Origin: a bacterium
GTDB lineage: Bacteria > Bacillota_I > Bacilli_A > Erysipelotrichales > Erysipelotrichaceae
DNA length: 58,609 nt
Direction: 5' to 3'
Assembly (NCBI GenBank): GCA_963621095.1
Contig: CAVFDO010000001.1
Coordinates: 1 to 58,609 of the forward strand
Shown: positions 29,563 to 39,307 of the stretch, in pieces
Layout: every line of letters begins with the position of its first letter
How positions within the stretch are numbered: the first letter of the stretch is position 1
Notes under the pieces: model-generated
What the model was told of the DNA's origin: nothing
Databases searched by the model: none
Seen by the model: the letters and a program-made list of their open reading frames with translations, nothing else
Program-made: the position numbers and the translations under genes

Positions 29563-31711
29563 CGTTATTCTCCTTATTATTTTCTTTCTTTTCTCTTCTA
29601 TTATTAATAATATATGAAATGAGTTTGATTCCAATAATTAATGTAATAAATCCTAATAAATATTCAAAATATTTTACTAGTTGAATATGAGATGTATTTT
29701 TGAAGAAACCTGTGAATGTAAATTCTGTATCCTTTTGTTTATTTTCATTTGCGCTATTGTAACTAGAAGTTATTTCAGCTTTACCTTCACTATTTCTACT
29801 CATCTCAGATATATAAGATGCGATTGCTTTAAAGGATTTTAATTCTTTGTTTTTATAAGTTAATACATTTGTGCTTAGACTTAGAATCTTTCCACCATTT
29901 TCATCATAATATTGAATTTGATAGTTTCCATCTGTTTTAGAAGATAAATTCAATAAATCTTTCGCTAATGTCAGTGTTGTTACAACAGGATATAAATCAT
30001 CATTACTAATAGGAATATAGTAGTCATTTACTGCATCGACATATACGTCTTCTACATGATTGTAATCTTGTCTATAATCACTATATGTATATTTTAAACC
30101 AGAGAAGAATAATTGATCTTCTAAATCATTATTTCTTGTGACTGTTGCGTCATATTCGCATAGTTTACGAATATCAGATCCTTTTAAGAATACAAGAATC
30201 AATGATTCACCAGAACTACCATCACTTCCCATTCCATTTGGAACTACATTATAAACATCTTGTGCAGAAATATTATCTTTTGTGAAAGTACCTTGTATTT
30301 CTTTTTGTGATATAAGACCAATCGCTCTTTTCTTAACAGTTGGTTTCATATTTTGAATTTCTTCTATGCGTTTCGAAGCTTCTGATTCTGCAGTCACTGT
30401 AGCTTCTGGGGTAGCGGTTGCTTCTTCTTGATTTTCTTCTGTTTGTTCTTCCGTTGATTGTTCTTCTGTAGATTCTTCTTCACTTGTTTCGTTTTCTAAA
30501 AGAGACTGTGCAGCTTTTAGCATCTGCTTCTTTTTATCTTTCCAAGCTTCATACCACTCTGTATACCAATCATCATATGCATATGCATATGCATCTGTCA
30601 CTAAATCAGCTGTATCGTTATTGAGTAATTCCGTTGTAGAATGATCGATTTCTGTGAAATTGTATGGATTACTAGCTAAAGAATCATCCATGGACAAACC
30701 ATAGGAATCAAAGATTTGAGAATTAACATTGTTTTTGTAGTCATTGATACGGTTTCTAATATCTTCATTTTCTTCAATGTCTGTCGTGATTTCTACTAAT
30801 TGATATCCATCAATCGAATAAGAATCTTTCTGAATATCTAATACACCTAAATATTGTCCATTCTTACCAGAAGATACAATATTTACATCATTTTCTTTTT
30901 CGATTTCATTACTTGCCTCAGTATCGCATGAAGCGATGATTGTGTTGATTCCATCTACTTTTTTCGCAATCTCATGAGCAAAATCATTTCCACCATGGGC
31001 AATCGCAACAATATATTGAACCCCTTCTTCTTGTAAAGAAGAAACTATGTCTTTAGCAGTATCTACTGCATCCACTAAAGAAACATCACTTGAGATTTCT
31101 TTTTCTTCATTGATCAAAGAAAATAAACCAATTTTAACTCCATTCTTTTCAACGATTTTATAAGAAGCTGCACCTCTTGTAGAAAGTGCATTTTTTAATG
31201 ATTTACTAGAATCAGAATCACTAAAAGATAAATTACCTGTTAATAAAGTTGTTGTGTTTTCAGATGCATTGATCATATCTGATAAAGATTGTGTTCCAAA
31301 TGTAAATTCTTCATCACCTAATGCAATCGCATCATATCCAATTGTAGATAATAAAGTTAAGTCTGGAGCACTTGTGGAATTCAACGCACTAAATGAAGTG
31401 CCTGTAGAAAAGTTTCCTCCATCAATTACGACCGTATCATCTGTACGATTCATATTGATAAGGCTCGCTAGTCTTGCATATCCCCCTACTTCTTTTGTTT
31501 CTTCACCATCTACAACTTTACTAGACAAAACATGATCTTGTAGATCACTTGTAAATAAAATACGGAAAGAATTACTTTCAATTAAATTATCTTCAGATTC
31601 CTCTGTTGTTTCTTCACCATTATCTTCATCACCTTCCGCATATAACAAAGAAACATTTGTGCAAGAAAATGCTAATAAAGCTGATAAAAATAATGGAATA
31701 AATTTCTTCAT
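29555..31711 (-). CDS. Secreted, C-terminally anchored 5'-nucleotidase/metallophosphoesterase-like protein with degenerate metal ligands
   Basis: Signal peptide, GGYARLA, NGVKIGLF, 5'-NT C-domain-like region, C-terminal TM. Confidence 0.75.
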   Translation of the reverse strand: MKKFIPLFLSALLAFSCTNVSLLYAEGDEDNGEETTEESEDNLIESNSFRILFTSDLQDHVLSSKVVDGEETKEVGGYARLASLINMNRTDDTVVIDGGNFSTGTSFSALNSTSAPDLTLLSTIGYDAIALGDEEFTFGTQSLSDMINASENTTTLLTGNLSFSDSDSSKSLKNALSTRGAASYKIVEKNGVKIGLFSLINEEKEISSDVSLVDAVDTAKDIVSSLQEEGVQYIVAIAHGGNDFAHEIAKKVDGINTIIASCDTEASNEIEKENDVNIVSSGKNGQYLGVLDIQKDSYSIDGYQLVEITTDIEENEDIRNRINDYKNNVNSQIFDSYGLSMDDSLASNPYNFTEIDHSTTELLNNDTADLVTDAYAYAYDDWYTEWYEAWKDKKKQMLKAAQSLLENETSEEESTEEQSTEEQTEENQEEATATPEATVTAESEASKRIEEIQNMKPTVKKRAIGLISQKEIQGTFTKDNISAQDVYNVVPNGMGSDGSSGESLILVFLKGSDIRKLCEYDATVTRNNDLEDQLFFSGLKYTYSDYRQDYNHVEDVYVDAVNDYYIPISNDDLYPVVTTLTLAKDLLNLSSKTDGNYQIQYYDENGGKILSLSTNVLTYKNKELKSFKAIASYISEMSRNSEGKAEITSSYNSANENKQKDTEFTFTGFFKNTSHIQLVKYFEYLLGFITLIIGIKLISYIINNRREKKENNKENNDE

Positions 31712-31788
31712 ACAAAAACCCTCAACCGTATGCATTATACCATTAACAACAATTCTCATATAGAAAAAAAGAGATATTTGCATACCTC

Positions 31789-31965
31789 TTAACCTTGTTT
31801 TTGTATTTCTTGTATTTCAGATTCACTTAAACCTGTGCAATCACTAATATCACTAATAGACATATTCTTAGAAAGTAATTTCTTACAAAATTCGATTTTC
31901 ATTTCTTTCCTTTGTTCTTCAGCTTCAATCTTTCTTTCGTATCTGATTACTTCTTCCAAAGTCAT
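31789..31965 (-). CDS. Predicted in-frame internal RpnS-like protein, 58 aa
   Basis: GAGGTGA-TTTT-ATG inside the rpn reading frame. Confidence 0.6.
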   Translation of the reverse strand: MTLEEVIRYERKIEAEEQRKEMKIEFCKKLLSKNMSISDISDCTGLSESEIQEIQKQG

Positions 31966-32586
31966 AAAATCACCTCGTGTTATTTGATTCCGTTTGATTG
32001 TTTGAATGGTATTCTCCAGCTTTTCTGTGAAAGAATCTTCTGCGCTTGAATTGTTTAGATATTTCATCAATGCATCTAATTCTTTTTCTTCACTTCTAGC
32101 TGTCGTGTTTAAGATTATTGTAGTGATATTTGAGTCCAATTGCAATTCTGGAAAGCCTTGTAATTTCTGTTCAATCACATATCTTGCTTTTCCAAATCCA
32201 AAGTAATCAAACGTACAAATATAAATTACCAATATATCTTGTAATTTATCATAGCCTGAACCTGGATCAAATGCATTTACCATCGTTACTGCCGCTTCAT
32301 AATTTGATCTTTTAATAAGACTGTCATGATAATTTTGCATTTCGACGATGTAAAACTTATTATCACCTTTGAACTTTACATCATATCTGACACCATGTGT
32401 TAGATATCCACCATCTTCATTACATTCTGGAATAATTAACGATATCTCTTCGATTTCACGTCCAATACATCTTTGAATCATTTCTTTGGATAAGGCAATG
32501 TTATTGGAATCTCCAAATACTCTTGGAAACAACCAATAATTTGTAAGTTTTAGATTCATGAATTTTTCATAAGTTTTATTGTTCAT
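31789..32586 (-). CDS. Rpn-family PD-(D/E)XK nuclease (copy 1)
   Basis: VRYDV...IVEMQ motif; C-terminal HTH-like DISDCTGLSESEI. Confidence 0.88.
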   Translation of the reverse strand: MNNKTYEKFMNLKLTNYWLFPRVFGDSNNIALSKEMIQRCIGREIEEISLIIPECNEDGGYLTHGVRYDVKFKGDNKFYIVEMQNYHDSLIKRSNYEAAVTMVNAFDPGSGYDKLQDILVIYICTFDYFGFGKARYVIEQKLQGFPELQLDSNITTIILNTTARSEEKELDALMKYLNNSSAEDSFTEKLENTIQTIKRNQITRGDFMTLEEVIRYERKIEAEEQRKEMKIEFCKKLLSKNMSISDISDCTGLSESEIQEIQKQG

Positions 32587-32670
32587 AAGTTAATTTTTCT
32601 CCTTCATTAACTTATTCACAAAATATTTATGAAATCCTCAAAATTCATTGAATTTTTGTATCTATAACTC

Positions 32671-32847
32671 TTAGTTTTGTTTTTGTATTTCTTGTATTTC
32701 TAATTCACTTAAGCCTGTGCAGTTAATAATAACATCGATAGGAATATTATTAGAAAGCATTTTCTTACAGAATTCAATCCTATCAGCTTTCTTTTGTTCT
32801 TCCGCTTCAATCTTTCTTTCGTATCTGATTACTTCTTCCAAAGTCAT
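32671..32847 (-). CDS. Predicted in-frame internal RpnS-like protein, 58 aa
   Basis: Same internal SD and ATG as in copy 1. Confidence 0.6.
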   Translation of the reverse strand: MTLEEVIRYERKIEAEEQKKADRIEFCKKMLSNNIPIDVIINCTGLSELEIQEIQKQN

Positions 32848-33468
32848 AAAATCACCTCGTGTTATTTGATTCCGTTTGATTGTTTGAATGGTATTCTCCA
32901 GCTTTTCTGTGAAAGAATCTTCTGCGCTTGAATTGTTTAGATATTTCATCAATGCATCTAATTCTTTTTCTTCACTTCTAGCTGTCGTGTTTAAGATTAT
33001 TGTAGTGATATTTGAGTCCAATTGCAATTCTGGAAAGCCTTGTAATTTCTGTTCAATCACATATCTTGCTTTTCCAAATCCAAAGTAATCAAACGTACAA
33101 ATATAAATTACCAATATATCTTGTAATTTATCATAGCCTGAACCTGGATCAAATGCATTTACCATCGTTACTGCCGCTTCATAATTTGATCTTTTAATAA
33201 GACTGTCATGATAATTTTGCATTTCGACGATGTAAAACTTATTATCACCTTTGAACTTTACATCATATCTGACACCATGTGTTAGATATCCACCATCTTC
33301 ATTACATTCTGGAATAATTAACGATATCTCTTCGATTTCACGTCCAATACATCTTTGAATCATTTCTTTGGATAAGGCAATGTTATTGGAATCTCCAAAT
33401 ACTCTTGGAAACAACCAATAATTTGTAAGTTTTAGATTCATGAATTTTTCATAAGTTTTATTGTTCAT
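32671..33468 (-). CDS. Rpn-family PD-(D/E)XK nuclease (copy 2)
   Basis: Identical to copy 1 except the last ~40 aa. Confidence 0.88.
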   Translation of the reverse strand: MNNKTYEKFMNLKLTNYWLFPRVFGDSNNIALSKEMIQRCIGREIEEISLIIPECNEDGGYLTHGVRYDVKFKGDNKFYIVEMQNYHDSLIKRSNYEAAVTMVNAFDPGSGYDKLQDILVIYICTFDYFGFGKARYVIEQKLQGFPELQLDSNITTIILNTTARSEEKELDALMKYLNNSSAEDSFTEKLENTIQTIKRNQITRGDFMTLEEVIRYERKIEAEEQKKADRIEFCKKMLSNNIPIDVIINCTGLSELEIQEIQKQN

Positions 33469-33531
33469 AAGTTAATTTCTCCTTCATTAACTTATTCACA
33501 AAATATTTATGAAATCCTCAAAATTTTTTCA

Positions 33532-33610
33532 TTTCTTTTGTATTTCTTATATTTCTGATTCCATCTTTCTTTCGAATCTGATTACTTCTTCCAGTGTCGT
33601 GAATTACCTG
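33532..33610 (-). pseudogene. Remnant of a third rpn C-terminus
   Basis: Reads TTLEEVIRFERKMESEI* versus MTLEEVIRYERKIEAEE; internal ATG appears as ACG. Confidence 0.7.
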
Positions 33611-35650
33611 TTACTTTGTTAAGTCAAAATCTTCTAATTTCAAGATTGTCATTTCTTTTGTATCTGTTGTATCTATGACTCTTTCTGCTTGTTGTAATAT
33701 TGCATCTTCAATCATATTTCTCGCAAGTCTACCATTGCCTGCTTCTTCTGCTTTGGTTGCTTGAACTTGATTGAAATATGTAATAAGTGCATCTTTGGCA
33801 TCTTCTGCGATTTCATAACCCTTTGACTTTGCTTGGATGCATGCAATCTGGTAGAGTTGTTCACCTGTATAGTCTTCGAAGTTGATGATGTTTGGGAATC
33901 TTGATTTCAATCCAGAATTAGATTCTAAGAATGTTGCCATTTCTTTTTTATATCCAGCAAGAACGACAATCAAATTATCTCGATTATCTTCCATTGCCTT
34001 TACTAAAGTATCAATTGCTTCTAAGCCAAAGGAATCATCTTTTCCACGATATAAAGAATAGGCTTCATCAATAAACAATACACCACCTAAGGCACTTTTA
34101 ATAACAGACATTGTTAATGGAGCAGTTTGTCCAACATATTGTGCTACTAAATCTGCTCTAGTCACTTCAACAAGTTGACCTTCAGAAAGTACACCAATCG
34201 CTTTTAAGTATCTTGAGAGTAATCTCGCAATTGTTGTCTTTCCTGTTCCTGGATTTCCTGTAAAAATCATATGCATGGAAACTGATGCAGTTTTCATACC
34301 TTGTTGTTTTCTCTTTTCTTGTAAAGCGATATGTGCTTGTAAAGAACGAATATATTTTTTTACTGCGTCTAATCCTACGATTTCATCTAATTCTTTATTG
34401 ACAGCTTCTATTTCTTCTGCAGAATTCTTTTCTCTAGATAGTTGGATTGATTTCTCGTTGTATGATGCATATGGAACATTCTCTTTTACATTGAGTGTAA
34501 TATCTTCATTGCTTCCTAAGTTTTCATTTAAAACAAATGCTGATAAAGATACATAAAAATCATAAAAAATAGAACGAATAGAATCTGCACCTAATGTCTT
34601 ATCAAAGTGTGTATGTACCCAACTACGAATACTTTCATCTACTTCTATATGAATATGTAATTGATTATCACATTTATTTGTGAGTTCTGATACTTGTTGG
34701 ATAATAATAGAACTAATGGATGCATCATCTAATGATTCAAACTCAATATCATCCATGACATGGTACATAAAATCAGCACCAAATGCATCTTGTACTGCAG
34801 ATACTTTTCCGCTTGTGATAAAGAATAAGTATTTTCCATTGATTGTTAGAGAACCAATTGAATCTTGTACTAAACCTGTTTGTGCTTCTACTAAAGCACC
34901 CTTTGAAACAACATAACGTTTATTTAAAAGAACTTTGCCATCAACCGCTAAAGATTGAATCATTCTTAAAAATGAGGCAAAACAAGATTCAAACTTTTCA
35001 AAACAAATCACAGAACAATCATTATTTAAAGCTTCATATAAATCTAATAAGAATATTTGTTCTTGTGAAGCAGAAGTATAACGAGATAGATCCATTGTAT
35101 ATACTTCACTTGATTGAAAGATTTTCTTTTCACTTAATTCTTTTGTAATTTCTGAAATTGCTGCGTGTTTTCCAGAACCATGTGGTCCATGAACTAACAC
35201 TACATTTTTAATTCCATTTTCATTTTCTCCCATGACAAAAGGTCTTCTAAAGGCAACACATAACTTTTTAACAGCGTTATCTTGTCCTAGAATTTTCTTT
35301 TGTACATTAGATTCTATTTCTTGAAATACTTTTGCGTTATCAAAATCTTTGATTGTTTCTTTTACGCCATAATCTGTTTGGATTTCTTTTTCTAATGCAT
35401 CAATATCAATGTCAGGTTGATTGATTTCTTCATGCATTTGATTTAATTCCTCTTTTTGTTTATTAAGAATACGACTTAATTCCTGCATCGCTTTATCTGC
35501 AGACTTTAAGATGTTATCTGTTGTAGATTTTGAATTTGTTTCTTTTGGTACATCTAATGTCAGATTAATTTCTTCATTTGTTTCTTCATTTCTTTTTTTG
35601 GAAAATACTTCATTCCAAAGACGGTTCTTTTCATCATTTTTATTAGTCAT
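33611..35650 (-). CDS. Double AAA+ ATPase: Clp-D2-like N-terminal module plus SpoVK/CbxX-like C-terminal module
   Basis: ILGQDNAV and GPHGSGKH; then IVGL, GNPGTGKTT, LFIDEAY, GLKSRF, GNGRLARN. Confidence 0.85.
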   Translation of the reverse strand: MTNKNDEKNRLWNEVFSKKRNEETNEEINLTLDVPKETNSKSTTDNILKSADKAMQELSRILNKQKEELNQMHEEINQPDIDIDALEKEIQTDYGVKETIKDFDNAKVFQEIESNVQKKILGQDNAVKKLCVAFRRPFVMGENENGIKNVVLVHGPHGSGKHAAISEITKELSEKKIFQSSEVYTMDLSRYTSASQEQIFLLDLYEALNNDCSVICFEKFESCFASFLRMIQSLAVDGKVLLNKRYVVSKGALVEAQTGLVQDSIGSLTINGKYLFFITSGKVSAVQDAFGADFMYHVMDDIEFESLDDASISSIIIQQVSELTNKCDNQLHIHIEVDESIRSWVHTHFDKTLGADSIRSIFYDFYVSLSAFVLNENLGSNEDITLNVKENVPYASYNEKSIQLSREKNSAEEIEAVNKELDEIVGLDAVKKYIRSLQAHIALQEKRKQQGMKTASVSMHMIFTGNPGTGKTTIARLLSRYLKAIGVLSEGQLVEVTRADLVAQYVGQTAPLTMSVIKSALGGVLFIDEAYSLYRGKDDSFGLEAIDTLVKAMEDNRDNLIVVLAGYKKEMATFLESNSGLKSRFPNIINFEDYTGEQLYQIACIQAKSKGYEIAEDAKDALITYFNQVQATKAEEAGNGRLARNMIEDAILQQAERVIDTTDTKEMTILKLEDFDLTK

Positions 35651-35655
35651 GATTT

Positions 35656-36615
35656 TCACCCATTTGTAGATTTCATAGTACCTTCATCTGTTAAGCCATC
35701 TTTCTTTAGAACTGCTTCTAAAGTAGAGATATCCGCAGATAGATTAATAAAGTCTTCATCTGTCATAGAAGAGATAATCTTTTCCATTGCGTCATTGATT
35801 AAATGAATTGTTTTTATGAGCTTTTCTTTTGTTTCTTCATATGTAGAATCTGTTTTTGCGTATTGTAAGTTACGATATTGTTTTAAGATCTTCGTTAATA
35901 TCGGAAGATAGTATTCGTAAAGTTTCTTTAGCTTATCTTTTGAATTTGGAAATTTTTCTTCTAGTGTTTGAATTTGTTTTAATAAAGAACAAGTTTCATA
36001 TAAACCATTTGTGATTTCTTCATCTGGAATATCATTATTTAATGTATTAATTTCATCGATGAAACTTTGTGATGTCTTAGAAGAAGATTTTGGTGTTTCT
36101 TGTTGTTTTGGTTGTGGATTTTCTACAACTTCCGCATCAATTACTTCATCTTGAATTGGAGCGTTAGAAACAAGTCTTAATAAGTCATTAATGATTGCTT
36201 GATAAGATTCTGGATATCTTCTGTGATAGTCATTAAAAGAACAAATATAAGTATTATTGCGATAAACATCCAAAGAGGATAAAGAAGCATATTGTTCATC
36301 TCTTAATCGTAATTCAACATTGTCTACAACATTGACACTTTTTCTTGTACGAAAATATTTTCTAAGATAAATATTGATTTTAGCGACTTTACTAGATTCC
36401 GTTTCACTTCTTTGATACTTTCCATTTCTTTTATAAGATGAGAATTGTTGGAAAGATTGATTTGTATCCCCTTTTTTATAAGCAGAAACCGAAGCTAGTG
36501 CGATGCCAACAACAACAGCAATGATTAAAAATAATGGTAATAAAGCTCCTATTCCACCACCCAATAAAATAAATAAAACGATCCAAATCCACCAACTGTT
36601 ATTTCCTCTTCTCAT
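35656..36615 (-). CDS. XpaC-like (5-bromo-4-chloroindolyl phosphate hydrolysis family) membrane protein
   Basis: N-terminal TM; YYLP...ILKQY and ADISTLEAVLKKDGL; telA in the same cluster. Confidence 0.8.
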   Translation of the reverse strand: MRRGNNSWWIWIVLFILLGGGIGALLPLFLIIAVVVGIALASVSAYKKGDTNQSFQQFSSYKRNGKYQRSETESSKVAKINIYLRKYFRTRKSVNVVDNVELRLRDEQYASLSSLDVYRNNTYICSFNDYHRRYPESYQAIINDLLRLVSNAPIQDEVIDAEVVENPQPKQQETPKSSSKTSQSFIDEINTLNNDIPDEEITNGLYETCSLLKQIQTLEEKFPNSKDKLKKLYEYYLPILTKILKQYRNLQYAKTDSTYEETKEKLIKTIHLINDAMEKIISSMTDEDFINLSADISTLEAVLKKDGLTDEGTMKSTNG

Positions 36616-36679
36616 AAAGACATAAAGCTCCTTTCAAGTAGTTTCCATTATAGCATATCCCTATATCACAAAAAGTTAA

Positions 36680-36709
36680 TTTTACTGTCCCATTTTTAGT
36701 ACAGTAAAA
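36680..36709. promoter_or_regulatory. Inverted repeat TTTTACTGT-N12-ACAGTAAAA between divergent xpaC-like and addB genes
   Basis: 9-bp inverted repeat in the divergent promoter region. Confidence 0.35.
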
Positions 36710-36736
36710 AGGTAATTTTCATTGTAGAATATATCC

Positions 36737-39307
36737 ATGAAGACAATTATCGCAAGCATAGACCAAAAAGATGCAATCATGAGAGATCTTGCATCTAAAA
36801 ATAATGGCATATTAAAAGATATACAAGTTCAATCTCTCAACACTCTATTAAAAGAAGAAAAAGATGACGCAATTGTTTTATCAATGCAGTTGTCTACTTT
36901 ATTGCGCGCAAAGAAAGAACAATTTCCTATCTATCAGGCAATGTTTTCTTATCCTGCATTCATTTCTGAAATATTAACTTTCACAAAAGAATGTATTCTT
37001 TATCAGATTGATGTGAATGAATTGCCTGAAACAAACGCAAATGAAAAAGAATTAAAACAAATCATTCAAATTGCGTTAACTTTAGATATTTCAGAAAAGA
37101 AGAATCTAACAAAAAAAGAGAATGTCTTACAAAACTTAGATTCGAAAAATATCACATTACATCATCAATTTATACGTGATATGTATCACTATACGATTTT
37201 CCAACAATTAAAAGATAAATGTGATGTAATAGATTATCCAACAAATAAACCAACAATTTCTATTCGTTATGCTTTGAACGCAAGAAGTGAAGCGGAAGCA
37301 ATTGCACAAGATATTTGTAAGCATAATCAACCATGTAATGTAATTCTTTCTTCTTCTACTTCAATATCTTTATTTGAATCTGTTTTCCAAAGATATGGAA
37401 TTCCTTTTTCTTCATTACGTACTTCAAAAGAATTACATTTACCTAAAATATTTAAAACATTGATTCAATTAGGAATTAAAAAAGATAGAAATTCTTTATT
37501 AGAAGCATTCAAACAAAATGCTTTTGAAAAACAAATTGATGCGGATAGTTATGCATTCTTCCAACAAACATTAGTAGATATTTCTATGCCAGATACAATT
37601 CCTGAAGGTACTTCTTTTGATGTCTTTGAAAGAGAAACAAAACAATTCAAAGAGAAATATAAAAAAGCGCAGAATTATTATGATTGTATTTCAGAAGATT
37701 TGTATTCCTTAGTAAATTATAATGATCCTACCGAACTCATTTATCATGCTTTTTCTATCTTACAAAAATCACCGTATTTACAACAAAAAGCAGAATTAAC
37801 GATTGGCATTCAAATGCGCAAAACAATCATTGAATGCATTCCGTTGATTCAAACATTGGATGACGCATTATTCTTAGCGAGAGCTTTAGAAAATAATAGA
37901 GTAGATGAACAAATTTTAACTTCTGATTTTTGTATTTTGACAGATTTAACACATCCTGTAGATCCTAGAAAAATTACGTATGTAACTTCTGTTAGTGGTG
38001 CAAACTTCCCAGGTGTTCCAAAATGTACTGGTTTATTTGATGAAAGCTATTTAGAAAAAGTAACAAAGTATCCTCATCAAGACCAAAGATATGAAATGTA
38101 TATGCATCAATTATCTTGGATAGAAAATAGTGCTAGTGAACAATTGATTTATTCCTATTACACAAATGATTATCAAGGGCATGATATTCAATTGGCATTT
38201 GATATTGAAAATAAATATCATATAGATCAAGTGAAATGGGAACTTGTTTCTTTAGAACCAACAAAGAAAAAAGATCATGTATTAGATCCATCCTTGGCAG
38301 AAAAATTATTTTTGAAAAGAGGAAAAATAACAGGTTCTATTTCAACGATTGAACGTTACTTTATGTGCCCATATTCTTATTTCATTCAATCCGGTCTAAA
38401 GATTTATCCCGAAGATGAACCTAGTTTAGATGCATCCAGTGTTGGAACGATACAACATAAGATATTTGAATCGAGTGTACATGATTTCTCTAAGAAATAC
38501 GCAGAAATCAACGAAGAACAAATTCGCTCTTATTTAGAACCATCTTTTGAATTATTAGATGTATTACATCCAATAAACACATCTTTCAACAAAATTACAA
38601 AAGATAGAATCGTGCAAGGTGTGTTATTATCCTGTGCATTTCTAAAAGACTTTGAGAATTGCAATTCCTTTACACCAGAGAAAGTCGAATATCGTTTTAG
38701 TGAAGATATCACAAATCACGTACATTTAGTAGGAATCATTGATCGTATTGATGAATATCGCAATGAGATGTTAAGAATCATTGATTTAAAATCTTCATCT
38801 AAAACATTAAGTGAGCCAAAAGTAAAAGCTGGCGTACAACTACAATTATTATCTTATTTAATGATAGCGAAGAAATTATTTCATAAAACACCTGTAGGTG
38901 CTTACTACTTCTCATTAAAAGAAGAAGCATATTCTGTAGAAGCAAAAAAAGTTTCAAAGAAAGAACTCATTGAAACAGAATGGAATGAAGAAGTTGAACA
39001 AACACGTACAAACGCACAAAGAAAGTTAAGTGGTTGGACATTCACAGAACGCACAACAGAATTAGATGAGTCTGGAACACATATCAGTTCATTAAATCGT
39101 CCAAAAGATTACGAAACTGTAGAAAAATGGATCTTAGATATCTATGAATATTTCTATGAACATCTCATCAATGGAGAAATTGATTTATCACCTGATGAAA
39201 ATGCATGTCTTTATTGTCACTATAAAAGTATCTGTAGATTCCATGGCGAGAAGCGCAAAATCAAATCAATCATAAAGGAGGAAGAAGATGCCAATACAGC
39301 TCGATGA
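36737..39307 (+). CDS. addB: Helicase/nuclease subunit B
   Basis: CPYSYF and CLYCHYKSIC Fe-S cysteines; GIIDRID...IIDLKS nuclease motif. Confidence 0.88.
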   Translation: MKTIIASIDQKDAIMRDLASKNNGILKDIQVQSLNTLLKEEKDDAIVLSMQLSTLLRAKKEQFPIYQAMFSYPAFISEILTFTKECILYQIDVNELPETNANEKELKQIIQIALTLDISEKKNLTKKENVLQNLDSKNITLHHQFIRDMYHYTIFQQLKDKCDVIDYPTNKPTISIRYALNARSEAEAIAQDICKHNQPCNVILSSSTSISLFESVFQRYGIPFSSLRTSKELHLPKIFKTLIQLGIKKDRNSLLEAFKQNAFEKQIDADSYAFFQQTLVDISMPDTIPEGTSFDVFERETKQFKEKYKKAQNYYDCISEDLYSLVNYNDPTELIYHAFSILQKSPYLQQKAELTIGIQMRKTIIECIPLIQTLDDALFLARALENNRVDEQILTSDFCILTDLTHPVDPRKITYVTSVSGANFPGVPKCTGLFDESYLEKVTKYPHQDQRYEMYMHQLSWIENSASEQLIYSYYTNDYQGHDIQLAFDIENKYHIDQVKWELVSLEPTKKKDHVLDPSLAEKLFLKRGKITGSISTIERYFMCPYSYFIQSGLKIYPEDEPSLDASSVGTIQHKIFESSVHDFSKKYAEINEEQIRSYLEPSFELLDVLHPINTSFNKITKDRIVQGVLLSCAFLKDFENCNSFTPEKVEYRFSEDITNHVHLVGIIDRIDEYRNEMLRIIDLKSSSKTLSEPKVKAGVQLQLLSYLMIAKKLFHKTPVGAYYFSLKEEAYSVEAKKVSKKELIETEWNEEVEQTRTNAQRKLSGWTFTERTTELDESGTHISSLNRPKDYETVEKWILDIYEYFYEHLINGEIDLSPDENACLYCHYKSICRFHGEKRKIKSIIKEEEDANTAR

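Larger units (their letters stand above)
31915..33525. repeat. Tandem direct duplication, period ~882 bp (upstream region plus rpn core)
   Basis: About 31915-32645 matches about 32797-33525 apart from a 2-nt indel and few substitutions; gene 3' ends differ. Confidence 0.92.

Noticed and set aside
31789..33468. Active transposon (Rpn often labelled putative transposase)
   Set aside because: No terminal inverted repeats or target-site duplication seen; Rpn proteins are not shown to be transposases
36612..36623. Minigene ATG-TCT-TTA-TGA overlapping the xpaC-like start
   Set aside because: Only 4 nt from the SD and explained by a short CTTTATG duplication; no evidence of function
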